This document shows positions 27,340 to 39,700 of a stretch of 64,000 bases of DNA, in pieces. The translations under genes and the position numbers were made by a program. The first letter of the stretch is position 1, and each line of letters begins with the position of its first letter. This DNA comes from Rhizophagus irregularis (Eukaryota), in the NCBI RefSeq assembly GCF_026210795.1, contig NC_089431.1, positions 2,046,001-2,110,000 of the forward strand, given 5' to 3'. A model generated the notes under the pieces. It ran no database searches. It worked only from the letters and a program-made list of their open reading frames with translations, and was not told the origin of the DNA.

Positions 27340-28871
27340 AAAACAAAAAGTTTTGAAGATTAATCTTCGAAACTCACCAAGCAAGGAGCCAAAGAACTAT
27401 TATCTTGTTACAATAATCTACAAAAAAAGAAAACCATTCAGTTAGAATGTTTCTTAAAGATAAAACAGAAGTTTCGTAACGAAACGTACGAAACTTACCA
27501 TTTCAGAAGCCATATCCAATACCTGAACGTAAAGTAATGGCTTCTATTCAACAATAGTTTTACGAGATTCATGTTTCCTAAGTTAGCTTCCCAGATATCC
27601 CGAACCTACAAAAAAGAAAAGGAACGTTAGTAAACGGTTCCTAATAAAAAAAAATTTAAGTTTCATGATATTTGTCATGAAACTCACCATTTAAACTGAA
27701 GTTTCGAAGTTATACTTCGAAACCTACACGTTATCCAAACCTAAGTTCGAATCTGGAGGGAGGGACCTACAAAAGAGAATAAGAAATGTTAATAAAACAT
27801 TTCTTTAAAAAACAAACTGAAGTTTTGCAACGTTTTTTTTGTTGCGAAACTTACCAAAGCCGTCATTCCGCTCGAACCTACAAAAAAAATAGAAAAGAAA
27901 CGTTAAAAAATGTTTCTAATAATAAAAAAAAAAACACGGTAAGTTTCGTTGCAAACTTACCACATTTTCACTTTCCAATGATACCCGAATTGGAGACCTA
28001 CAAGAAATGAAAAAGTAAAAGAAACGTTAGAACGTTTCTTAATTAAAAAAAACAAAAAAGATAAGTTTCGTTGATGAAATGAAACTTACATTTTTCCGTT
28101 TCAGAATCCTGGAGCACCGGAACTTACAAAAAAAGTAGAAGAAATGTTAGAGAACGTTTCTTAATTAAAAAGAAAATAAAATATTTTAAGTTTCATTAAA
28201 ATGAAACTTACATGTTGACGTTTCGGAATCTTGGAGATACGAACCTACAAAAAAAGTAAAAGAAACGTTAGAACGTTTCTTAATTAAAAAAATATAATAT
28301 AATAAGTTTCGTTAAGTTTCGTTAAAAACGAAACTTACATTTTCCGTTTTAGGAATCCTGGAGCACCGGAACTACCGAACCTACAAAAAAAGTAAAAGAA
28401 ACGTTATAGAACGTTTCTTAATTAAAAAAAATATAATATAAGTTTCGTTAAAATGAAACTTACATTTCCGTTTTGGCCATTAATGAATATTCATGCTGAA
28501 ACTTGGCGTTCTCCTGCACTACAAAAAAGTAAAAGAAACGTTAAAACGTTTCTTAATTAAAATAAAAATATAAATATAATTAAGTTTCGTTAAACTTACA
28601 TTTCCGTTTTAGAATCGAGGAGGGCCATTAACGAATATTCATGCTGAAACTTGGCGTTCTCCTGACCTACAAAAAAAAGTAAAAGAAACGTTAGAACGTT
28701 TCTTAATTAAAAAATAAAAATATAAGAAGTTTCGCTAAACAAACTTACATTTTGCCATTTCGGAAACCTGGCACCGGAATCTACAAAAATAAAGTAAAAG
28801 AAACGTTAAAACATTTCTTAATAAAGAAAAAAATAAAAAAAAAAATAGTTTCGTAAGATAACAAACTTTAC
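27340..28871 (-). ncRNA. Putative multi-intron non-coding transcript: ~12 intron-like repeats separated by 23-107 nt micro-exons (copy 1)
   Basis: Minus-strand units GTAAGTTTC...GAAACTT...AAGAAACGTTCTAACGTTTCTTTTACTTTTTTGTAG, e.g. 28667-28748, 28381-28463, 27998-28089. Exon lengths 32, 67, 55, 42, 33, 34, 37, 23, 79, 107, 40 nt. Transcription and splicing are inferred. Confidence 0.55.
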
Positions 28872-29209
28872 CTGACTTCTCCAAATGTAACGATAATTGC
28901 TATACCAACGGGAAATGGGAAAGGTAAGGGGGAAGGACGAGAGAGAGGGAAGTGGGGAGAGAGAGGGAAGGAGAAACGAGAGGGAGGGTGACGGGAAAAT
29001 GGTGAGAAGAAGGAAAGAGCAAAATAAACTAAATTAGTTTTTTTTTAAACTCTAAAAAAAAACTGCGGCTGCGGCTGCAATAGTTTATTTTTAGTATTTT
29101 TAGGTTAGTTAAAAAAATGAACTGCGGCTGCGGCTGCAATAGTTTATTTTTAGTATTTTTAGGTTAGTTAAAAAATGAACTGCGGCTGCGGCTGCAGTTT
29201 AACCAAGTT

Positions 29210-29520
29210 CATGTCACGTACTCACGTGATACACGTGACATGTATTTTATATAAATAGGGGGCTTTTTCCCGAAACTTTTTTTTTTCTTTTTTTATAATT
29301 TTTTCAATTTAATTGATAGATGTATATATATACTTATATATATACATATATATATATCTATCTAATAAACTTTATGAAAAGCCCCTCCTCTGTAAACAGG
29401 TAGAGGCCATAAAGTACCTATGAGGGGAGAGCTATGCTGCTCCTCCGCCTGTTTATAATAATAAAAGAAAAAAATTGAGCCTTTCAGTAGTAAGGTTTAG
29501 TATTAAATTAAACAACATAT
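29210..29520. promoter_or_regulatory. Conserved core of the element: paired CACGTG boxes, bidirectional TATA, nested inverted repeats
   Basis: CACGTG at 29223 and 29232; TTTTATATAAATA at 29245-29257; GGGGCTTTT...AAAAGCCCC enclosing a GATAGA(TA)n...TCTATC palindrome. Conserved at ~37300-37590. Confidence 0.55.
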
Positions 29521-31250
29521 CACAACACATCGTGTTGTTACATTGTTAATATTAACAATGTGTTTAATGTTAAATAATGCGTTTGGAATATAAATATTAT
29601 AAATTTAATAATGTCCGTAATTTACAAATAAATAAAAATTATCATCAATTTTAATGTAATTAAGTGTAATGCTACGTTATCCAATGTAATTGTAGTATTT
29701 TTTTGTGTTCTTTAGTGCAATTCCGCGTTTTTTAGTGCAATTCCGCATTTTCTAGCATAATGTTACATTTTCCAGCATAAATAAAAATTATCCTAATAAT
29801 TTTAATGTAATTAAGTGTAATGCTACGTTATTCAGTGTAATTGTAGTATTTTTTTGTGTTTTTTAGTGCAATTCTGCATTTTTTAGTGCAATTCCACATT
29901 GTCTAGCATAATGTTACATTTTCCAGTATAACGCGAAATTTTCTAAAAAATATGATAATTGTGGTACTTTTTAGTGTAATGCTACATTGTCTAGTGTAAT
30001 TTGGTGAAATGCTACATTTTCCAGTGTAATGCTATATTATTGAGCATTTTCCAAAAAAAAATTGTAACATTTTAACATTCTGACGAAAATGAAACATTTG
30101 ACCAAAAAAACATAAAATTTGCTGAAAATATGCAACATTTGACAAAAAATATAGAATTTTCATAAAAAATGCACATTTGCTAGAAAATTGGAATATTTGA
30201 CAAAATTTGATTTTAATTGATAATTGTTACAACAATTTTATGAAATGTTGTTACAATAATATCGCATTGGAGATAAAATGTGGCATTTTCATAAAAATGC
30301 ACCATTTGCAAGAAAATTGGAACATTTGACAAAAAAAGCAAAATTTGATTTTAATGACAATGTTATAACAATGTCACGAAATGTTACGAAATGTTACATT
30401 TGAGATATAATGTAGCATTTTCCCAAAATTTCATAAAATTTGCTAAATCGGACAATGTTGTAACAATGCTATTCCAAAAAATTGCTCAGCGTAATGCAGC
30501 ATTTTCCACAATTTCCCACCATTTACCAGAAAAATGTGGAATTTGCATTTTTTGAATTTTGGACAATGGTGCCCCTTCGACCTGTGTTATTAAAAAATAT
30601 TTTAAAAATTTCTTAAACAAAAAATAAATCATTTAAATATATATATATATAAAATTCTATAATTCATTATACAAAATAAAAATTTTACCTATAGTAAAAT
30701 CATTATTGTTAATTTGTTATACAAATAAAAATCTACTTTTTGCATAACTGCTATTTGATTATACAACTCAACCATATGACTTATTAAAAAATTATATACA
30801 GTAGTAGACTTTTATCCTCAAACTTAGTTTCGGCTATTTCCACGCTCATGTTCTGATACAAATATATTTTATATAAAATAAAATTTAACAAATGATATCT
30901 AACTGGGTTATGTAATATTATTTACGTAATAAATGCCATTATTCCCTCGCCTCACAGAAGCACAAAAATCACATTTATCTTCTTCAATGAAACAAGTAAT
31001 AATTTTCATCATTTTGTTAGAGCGAAAAAATAAGGCCCAATATGGGCAAAACTTTATTAAATGCTTCGTTGATAAGTATATACATTAACGGAACGATAAC
31101 CATATGTCTAGAAAATATTAAAACGCAGAAAAATTTGGGAGCTGTGAACACAAAAAAAAATTTAAAACCTCTGAACATGAATGCCCCTTTCAACTTGAAA
31201 TCTTTATTATTCTTTATTATGTAAAATAAAAAATACATTATACCATTAAT

Positions 31251-32433
31251 TTATAGAAATTTTTTTGGGGTGAATTGCTCCTCATTTTTTAGGCGACTGC
31301 GACCCTCTTTTAGTACCTCATAGAAAACATCTGTATTCTTCCTTGTCCTTGCTTTCCACGATAAAATGACTTTTATGGCTATTATGAGTTTTGAGAAAGC
31401 TTCCACTGTCCTCGGTACCTTGATATTTTGTAAGTCCATCATTATAATTGTGTTTTTCGAAAAGATATTTTGATGCTGATATAGTAAGTTGAAATCCGTT
31501 AGATTGTAAACAATATGTTTTGATATCTATAATTCTAGCTTTTGCAGAAGAAAGAAGCGACATATACAAAGCTGTTAAAATCACTTTTGTGCAGTATTCT
31601 AGCTTTCTGAGATCACCTTTTCTCTTTCTGCGTGTATTTAGAATCCCATCTTCTTGCGCTAAGACTTCTGTACCTAATGAGCTTTTCCATCAAGCTTCGG
31701 ATCACTCTTTCCAACAATGTTTAAGATTTCTTTGAGTTTGTTATAGGATATTGATGCTAACTCTCCGTAATTAAACTTAATATCAGTTTTTTCAAGGAAG
31801 GCGTTTCTCAATAAAGGTGGACGTCTATATGATTGAATTAAATTCACGTTCAGACAAAGCTTGGAGCAAGGTGTCATTTTGTACAAGAAGTAGAAGTGTT
31901 GGAGAAGATGCTGAACATAGATCAAGTCATTTGATGCAGTAGAGTAATTGATTAAATTCTCACCCAGGCACCTGCCTAAGGGTTCCAAGTCTATTACATG
32001 TTACAATATTTTACCTTTTTACTTGACAATTCAATTCCTTCAGTCTCATTTTCTCGCTTTTGAAGAGTTTGTAGTTTAACACCTTTGATTGATACTTCCT
32101 ATGCATGTGCATATTGAGTAAGCTGTTCGCAGAAAAAAAGTGTTAGAATAGACGAATACAGTCCAGATACTTTATATACGTTCTATTCTGATATCTTACC
32201 GCTCTTCCAAATAATATGTTGAGATATCCTAGAGAGGCAGTTTGGATAGCGGTTTTTTCCTCAATTTCCTTCCAGAAGCTGCGTACAACTTTGCACATTA
32301 AGCCTTCGCTGTTCTTTTGTCTGGGAATTTTCTACAAAAGAAGCGTCATTCTTTCTTTGCAACAGGGTACTCGTGAAGAAAATTATCGCAACTTTTTCCG
32401 AGTATTTTTCAGTAATCATTTTTTGCGTCCATT
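31251..32433 (-). pseudogene. Degraded gene of a lineage-expanded family, possibly restriction-endonuclease-like fold
   Basis: Fragmented frames joined by frameshifts and stops: ...SDPKLDGKAH...EVLAQEDG...GDLRKLEYCTKVIL...TYCLQSNGFQL...KVILSWK. The KxDG...E...D..KL pattern suggests an REase fold (inference). Confidence 0.45.
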
Positions 32434-33380
32434 ATAATTTATGAGAGACAAATTATGGGTTTCACGCGTATCAGTATATCGGTATCATATAACTACCCCA
32501 AGAATACCACCAAAAATTTTTGGTAACGTGACTTGATGAGTTTTATTGGTCAGGAACATTTATCTTGTAGATTTCATAAAAAAAAAATTAAAGAAACGTT
32601 TAATTTAAACATTTCTTATCAGTTATAGTCCTTTTCACTTTATAAAATTATTGGTTTTTTTTTATTAAAATAAATGAATATAAAATTATTTATTATTTAG
32701 AAATTTAACAATAAATCTTCGTGTTATTTATATAATTTAATAATAGTAATAAAAAAATAATTTTTACTATGTATTAAATAAAAAAGTCTTATTCTTATTC
32801 AAAACTTGATAGTTTACCTTTATATGTCCAAAGTTGTAAATAAATTTTTATTTAATATAAAAAACGCGTTTTTATTTTTACAACAAAATAAAATACAATA
32901 AGATTAAAAAGTAAATTATAATAAAAAAGAATAATATATATTTTAAGGGAAAAAACACCTATTTATTTATTTATTTTATGGATAGTCAGGAGAAATACAA
33001 TTTAAAACCTATTAAAAACAAATATAAAAAAACATATCTAGAAACCTGACTGAATCAAGATAGTGAAGGTGAGAAGTAAAAACTTGATAGATATATCTAC
33101 TATTTTTAGATTAGTAATACAAAGTGTTACCAAAAATTTTTAGATGGGTTTCTTAATGTATACTGGAACATATGATATTAATGTATGGAACTGGCTGGAA
33201 TTAACGCATATGCATGTGCATAATTCCTAAACTTAGGCCACCAGATATATGTTAAGTTACCTTGGCTTCACCCCTAACATAAGATGGGGCCTTCATAGTT
33301 TATCATATTAGTAAATCACATGATTGGTAGATCTATTAATAATCTTGATAGTATAATCAGTTACTAGCTCTATTCATTTA

Positions 33381-33534
33381 TAGATCGTATCAGATTGATA
33401 CAATAGCCCTGTTCAATTCTAGATCTGACCGGATTGATCGAAAATTTACACCCTTAAATAATTGGTTGCTGATGCGGTCAGTGGTCAGTCATACCGATCT
33501 ACAAAAATTGGTGTTTTTCCCTGATTACGATCTA
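33381..33534. mobile_element. Small MITE
   Basis: TAGATCGTA-TCAG ... CTGATTACGATCTA terminal inverted repeat with TA on both flanks. Confidence 0.45.
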
Positions 33535-34710
33535 TATAATAAATGACACATCTACACAGGTCGAACAGATGTCATTGTCGCAAAATTTGCCTGGAATTTT
33601 TCTGGCAAATTGAGAATTATCCCGGTAAATTGGGGTAAATTGTGTTACAATTTTGGGATAATGGAGGTCTTACAATTTGGCAAATTTTGTCAAAATGGCG
33701 GAATTCCTACAGAATTCCTAATTCAAATGTTGAGAAATTTTTCAGTAAATTATCATTAAATTGTGGGAAATTTTAGGCAAATCTTTAGTAATGATATGCA
33801 AACGAAGTGCAAATTGTGGTGAATTTAGTTAAATTTTTAGTAATTTTATGCAAACGTAATGTAAATTAAGGTGAATTTTAGGCAAATTTTTAGTAATTTT
33901 ATGTAAACGTAATGCAAATTGTAGTAAATTTAGTCAAATTTTTAGTAATTTTATGTAAACGTAATACGAATTGTGGTAAATTTAGTCAAATTTTTAGTAA
34001 TTTTATGTAAACGTAATGCAAATTGTAGTAAATTTAGTCAAATTTTTAGTAATGTTATGCAAACATAATGCAAATTGTGGTAAATTTAGTCAAATTTTTA
34101 GTAATGTTATGTAAACGTAATGCAAATTGTGGTGAATTATAGTGAATTTTAGTAATTTTATGCAAACGTAATGCAAATGGTGGTAAATTGTAGTGTATTT
34201 TTAGTAATGTTATGTAAATTGTTGAAAATTTAGGCGAATTTTTAGCAATGTTATGCAAACGTAATGCAAATTGTGGAAAATTGTGGTGAATTTTGCATTT
34301 TTTCGGTAAATGTTAGTTAAATCTTTGAATAATTTAGTGAAATTTAGGATAATTTCGGACAATTGAGTGAAAATGTTTTACCGATTTTGGACAATTGAGT
34401 GTAAACGGTATAAAATGCAACATTTTCGAGACAATTTAGTGAAATTTTGCAATAATTTTGGACAATTGTGTGAAATTTAGTAATAATTTTAAACAATTTA
34501 GTGTAAACGCTGTGACAATTTAAAACACTGATTTAATAATTTTACATAATTTATTACAATATTATTTATTAACAAATGCACAATTATTATTTAACGATGA
34601 GAATCTATATTGATCTATATTCATCAGATATCCGATGATCTATGGATAATCCACACCTCTAATTCATTCATGTATCAAATGTCCAGTGCCGAAGTAAAAG
34701 CCGGTGAAAA

Positions 34711-36815
34711 CTTAAAAAAGAAAAAAATGAAACATTAATATACGTTTCGTTGAAAAAAATCAAAATAAAAAACATTTCGAAGTTATATACCTTTGAAATG
34801 TTAAATTCCATACAAGGATCGCCGAACCTAAAAAAAGAAAAAACGAAACGTTAATATATGTTTCGTTGAAAAAAATCAAAATAAAAGATATTTCGAAGTA
34901 TAATATACCTTCAAAATATTGAATTCCTATGTCCATGAGCCACCGAACTAAAAAAAGTTAAAACATTTCGAAGGTATAACAAACATTTCAAGTATACCTT
35001 CGAAATGTTCCCCACTCCATTTCAGTTTTCCCTTTCTCTTTCCCCTTTCGTCTTCACCTTTCCCTTTCATTTTTCCGTTCCTTTAACCTACAAAAAAAAA
35101 AAATAAACGAAACTTTAAACAATGTTTTGTTACATAACAAAAATCCAATAATTTCGAAGTTCTAATACCTTCGAAATGTTGAAACGGCATCCTGGAACCT
35201 TAAAAATGAAAACCGAAAGTTAGTAAACGTTTCATTGTAAATAAAACAAATAAACTTCGAAGGTTCTTATATTTACCTTCAAAATTCTTCCGTACAGAAG
35301 GCGACCGGAAAATAAACTACAAAAATAAAGATAAACGAAACGTTAGTAAACGTTTACTAACATTTCGTTAAACAAAAAAAAAAACAAAATTGATTCGAAG
35401 GTAAATATTTACCTTCGAAATCTCGTCCTGGAGGCGAAGCCATGGATCTATAAAAAAAAACTGAAACGTTAGTTAACGTTTCGTAGAAAAAATTATTAAC
35501 AAAAAAAACGAAAATATTACCTTTCACCCAAAAATTTCGTCCGGCGTTACTACAAAAATAAGAAAAGAAACGTTAGTTAACGTTTCTTAAAAAAATAAAT
35601 AAAAATAAAGTTTCGCAACACAATGTTAAAACTTCCGTTCGTTTCTTTTAAAAAAAATCCAAACGTCCGGAATCAAAAGGAAAAAAGAAACGTTAGTATC
35701 GTTTCAAAAAAAAATTAATAAAATAAAGTTTCGCAACACAATGTTGCGAAACTTACCGTTCAAGTTCGAAATTCATCATCCAAACGTCCGGAATCTAAAA
35801 AAAGGAAAAAAGAAACGTTAGTATCGTTTCTTTAAAAAAAAAATTAATAAAATAAAGTTTCGCAACACAATGTTGCGAAACTTACCGGTTCGTTTCGAAA
35901 TTCATCATCCAAACGTCCGAATCTAAAAAAAAGAAAAAAGAAACGTTAGTATCGTTTCTTTAAAAAAAAAATTAATAAAATAAAGTTTCGCAACACAATG
36001 TTGCGAAACTTACCGGTTCATTTCGAAATTCATCATCCAAACGTCCGGAATCTAAAAAAAGGAAAAAAAAGAAACGTTAGTATCGTTTCTTTAAAAAAAA
36101 AATTAATAAAATAAAGTTTCGCAACATAGCATGTTGTTTTAAAACTTAAACTTACGGCTCATTTCGAAATTCATTATCCAAACGTCCGGAACCTACAAAA
36201 GTAAAAGAAAGAAACGTTAGTTAATCGTTTCTTTTAATAAAAAAAAAATAATTAATTAAGTTTCGCAACGATTCTTTGCGAAACTTACCGTTCGTTTCGA
36301 AATACATTATCCAAACGTCCGGCGTTCCTACAAAAGAAAAGGAAAAGGAAACTTAGAAACGTTTCCTTACAAAAAATTAAAAAATTTTTTTTAAAAAAAG
36401 TTTCGAAGCGAAACGCTTCGAAACTTACCTTTCGGTTTCTCATTTCCCAAAGTCAAACCACCGAAAAATCTATAAAAAAAAAAGAAAGGAAACGTCAGTA
36501 TGTTTCCTAAAAAGAATTTAGAAAAAAAGTTTCGAGGCGAACACCTCGAAACTTACCATTTCGTTTTCTAAGTCGAGTACGCCAAAAAAACCTACAAAAA
36601 AAAAGAATTATTGGAAACGTTAGTAATGTTTCCTAAATTAAAAGATTTTTTTAAAAAAGTTTCAAGGCGAACGCCTCGAAACTTACCGTTTCGTTTTTCC
36701 AAGTTGAATACGGCGAAAAGACCTATAAAAAAAAGAAGATATAGGAAACGTTAGAAACGTTTCCTAAAAAATAAAAAAAATATTAAAGTTTCGAATCGAA
36801 CAATTCGAAACTTAC
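34711..36815 (-). ncRNA. Putative multi-intron non-coding transcript: ~17 intron-like repeats separated by mostly ~30-45 nt micro-exons (copy 2)
   Basis: Example unit 35923-36013, minus strand: GTAAGTTTCGCAACATTGTGTTGCGAAACTT...AAAGAAACGATACTAACGTTTCTTTTTTCTTTTTTTTAG. Central exons of 37-39 nt do not keep frame. Confidence 0.55.
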
Positions 36816-36859
36816 CCTTTTGTTTTTCTGAAAGGAAATTTCCGATATTTCTAATTTAC

Positions 36860-37200
36860 GGTAAAAGGGGAAGGGAAGGGAAGGGAAAAAGAAGAACGAA
36901 AAGGGAAAGGGGAAAACGAAAGGGAAAAGGACGAAAAGGGAGGAAGAACAAAAGGGGAAAGGGGAAAATGAAACAAAAAGGGAGGAGGGAACGAAAAGGA
37001 AAGGGGAAATGGAACGAAAAGAACGAAAGGAAAAGGGAAATGGAACGAAAAGAACGAAAGGAAAAGGGAAATGGAACGAAAAGGGAGGGGGAGAACGAAA
37101 AGGAAAGGGGAAATGGAACGAAAAGGGAGGGGGAGAACGAAAGGGAAAAGGGGAAGGGGAAGGTGAGAGAAACAGGGAAGGTGAAATGGCGAAAGAAGGG
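36860..37200. repeat. Purine-rich tandem repeat (AAGGGAAATGGAACGAAA-like); putative pyrimidine-rich first exon of the minus-strand transcript
   Basis: Visible G/A-rich repeat; a shorter purine-rich counterpart sits at ~28910-29020 in copy 1. Confidence 0.6.
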
Positions 37201-38782
37201 GTAAGTAAAAGCCTGAGAAAAAAAAATTAAGCTTTTGCTAAAAAAAGCTTAATTTTTTTTTTCATTATACCGCAGCTAAGCTGCGGTAATTATTAAGTAA
37301 TATCACGTGATGCACGTGATATAAAATTTATATAAATAGGGGCTTTTTCCCCGAAATAATTTTTTTTTTTTATTATAATTTTTTGATAGATGTATATATA
37401 TACTTATATATATACATATATATATATCTATCTAATAACTTTACGAAAAGCCCCTCCTCTGTAAACAGGTAGAGGCCATAAAGTACCTATAGGGGGAGAG
37501 CCACCTTGCTGCTCCCTCCGCCTGTTTATAGTGACAAAAAGAGGGAGTCCTTCAGTAGTAAGGTTTCGTATATATAAATTAAACAACACATCGTGTTGAT
37601 ACATTGTTAATATTAACAATGTGAATTTAATGTTAAATAATGCGTTAGAATATAAATATTATAAATTTAATAATGTCTGTAATTTTACAAATAAATAAAA
37701 AATTATCTAATGTAATTAAGTGTAATGCTACGTTATCCTGTGTAATTGTAGTATTTTTTTGTGTTTTTTAGTGCAATTCCGCGTTTTTTAGTGCAATTCC
37801 GCATTTTCTAGCATAATGTTACATTTTCCAGTATAACGCAAAATTTTCTAAAAAATATGATAATTGTGGTACTTTTTAGTGTAATGCTACATCGTCTAGT
37901 GTAATTGCGGTATTTTTTAGTGTAATGCTACATAATCTAGTATATTGCTACATTTTTTAGTGTAATGTGGAATTTTCCAAAAAATGTGATAATTGTGATG
38001 CTTTTTAGTGTAATTTGGTGAAATGCTACATTTTCCAGTGTAATGCCATATTATTGAGCATTTTCAAAAAAAAAATGTAACATTTTAACATTCTGTCGAA
38101 AATGAAACATTTGACCAAAAAAACATAAAATTTGCTGAAAATATGCAACATTTGACAAAAAATATAGAATTTTCATAAAAAAATGCACCATTTGCCAGAA
38201 AATCGGAATATTTGACAAAATTTGATTTTAATTGACAATGTTATAACAATTTTATGAAATGTTGTTACAATGATATCACATTGAAGATAAAATGTGGCAT
38301 TTTCATAAAAATGCACCATTTGCAAGAAAATTGGAACATTTGACAAAAAAAAAGCAAAATTTAATTTTAATTGACAATGTTATAACAATTTTATGAAATG
38401 TTATTACATTTGAAATAAAATGTGGAATTTTCATAAAAATGCACCATTTGCAAGAAAATTGGAACATTTGACAAAAAAAAAGCAAAATTTGATTTTAATG
38501 ACAATGTTATAACAATGTTATGAAATGTTACGAAATGTTACATTTGAGATATAATGTAGCATTTTCCCAAATTTTCATAAAATTTGCTAAATCGGACAAT
38601 GTTGTAACAATGCTATTCCAAAAAATTGCTCAGCGTAATGCAGCATTTTCCACAATTTCCCACCATTTTCCAGAAAAATGTGGAATTTGCATTTTTTGAA
38701 TTTTGGACAATGGTGCCCCTTCGACCTGTGCTAGCGTCTGCACATTTTTTGCGTTAAACTTTTTGAAGTTCTAACTTTTACC

Positions 38783-39700
38783 ATGCCTATTCCAAAATCT
38801 ACTTTTCGTCCAATTGCTCCTAAACCACAAACACCTGTACGGGACCCTTATGTTATAGCTGTATTAACATTTACTCCATCAGAAATTCAAGAAGTGACGG
38901 TACTTACTACTGATGTTTCAACACCTGTAATCACTAAAGTTTCTAAAAAGAATAATGGCCAAAAAACAGAAAGAGCAAGTTCTGTTAAAGAAGAAACTGG
39001 CTGGGATGATACAAATACCGGATTATTGATAAGTTTTCTTGAAGATAATTTTGATATTTACAAAAAAAATAAGTCCAATTTTGCCAAAACAGCTGCTACT
39101 AAGATTTTTTCAGGAAAGTCGTGAGAGCAGATTAAAAATAAAGTATCTCGTCTTGTAACTAAGTATAATAAAATTAAAGAAAAGGAGAACAAAACACGAA
39201 GAGAGACGCAAGTAAAATGAAAATGGTTTGACAGACTTGATGCTTTATTTGGAACTCGTAAAAATCACAATCCGGGATTTTTAGTAGATGGATTTTCTGA
39301 TGATGTTCAATTGTTTGACAATTTTAAAGAAAAAGAAACAGAAACTAACGAAGAAGTTTTAGCAGAAAAAAAAGATAATCAAATTACTAAAAAATAAAAA
39401 TCTCTTTCACAGGATCCATTAGCCGAAGCCATGATTTCTATGAGTAATGCAAGACAAATAATTTGGGAAAAACAACTTGCCTCTGAGAATGACCTGTTTG
39501 AAAAGAAGCAAGTAGTTTAAAAGGAAATTAGAGAAGCAGAAACAGTTTTTAAAAAAGAAGAATTAGAAGTTGAGCGAATTAAAGCTGGAACATTGCGAAA
39601 GAAAATGGAGTTTGAAATAGAGCAATCACGTATGCAATATGAGATTAGAATGAAAGAATTGGATTTAAGAATGTTGCAATATAAATTATCTTTAGAATAG
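38783..39700 (+). pseudogene. PIF/Harbinger Myb/SANT-like accessory ORF, disrupted by stops
   Basis: WDDTNTGLLISFLEDN...GKS*EQIKNKVSRLVTKYNKIK...K*KWFDRLDALFG plus a C-terminal coiled coil; convergent with a HARBI1-type nuclease. Confidence 0.7.

Larger units (their letters stand above)
26323..30586. mobile_element. Non-autonomous DNA transposon, copy 1 (CMC/CACTA-Chapaev-like ends), carrying a structured intron array
   Basis: Starts CACAGGTCGAA and ends TTCGACCTGTG; 3-bp TSD TTA; long subterminal tandem repeats; no transposase ORF; near-identical termini to 33555-38730. Confidence 0.85.
33555..38730. mobile_element. Non-autonomous DNA transposon, copy 2 (CMC/CACTA-Chapaev-like ends), carrying a structured intron array
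   Basis: CACAGGTCGAA...TTCGACCTGTG termini; 3-bp TSD CTA on both sides; same subterminal satellites and core as copy 1. Confidence 0.85.

Noticed and set aside
33233..33293. Short AGGCC...GGCCT inverted repeat as the left end of the Harbinger element
   Set aside because: No matching sequence found at the right end near 41400-41560.
27340..36815. Bona fide CRISPR array (palindromic repeats with ~35-nt spacers)
   Set aside because: Eukaryotic context with no cas genes. The repeats are 80-95 nt, degenerate and carry splice signals, and many spacers are paralogous to each other.
36968..37230. K/E/G/R-rich ORFs
   Set aside because: By-product of a purine-rich tandem repeat that lacks stop codons.
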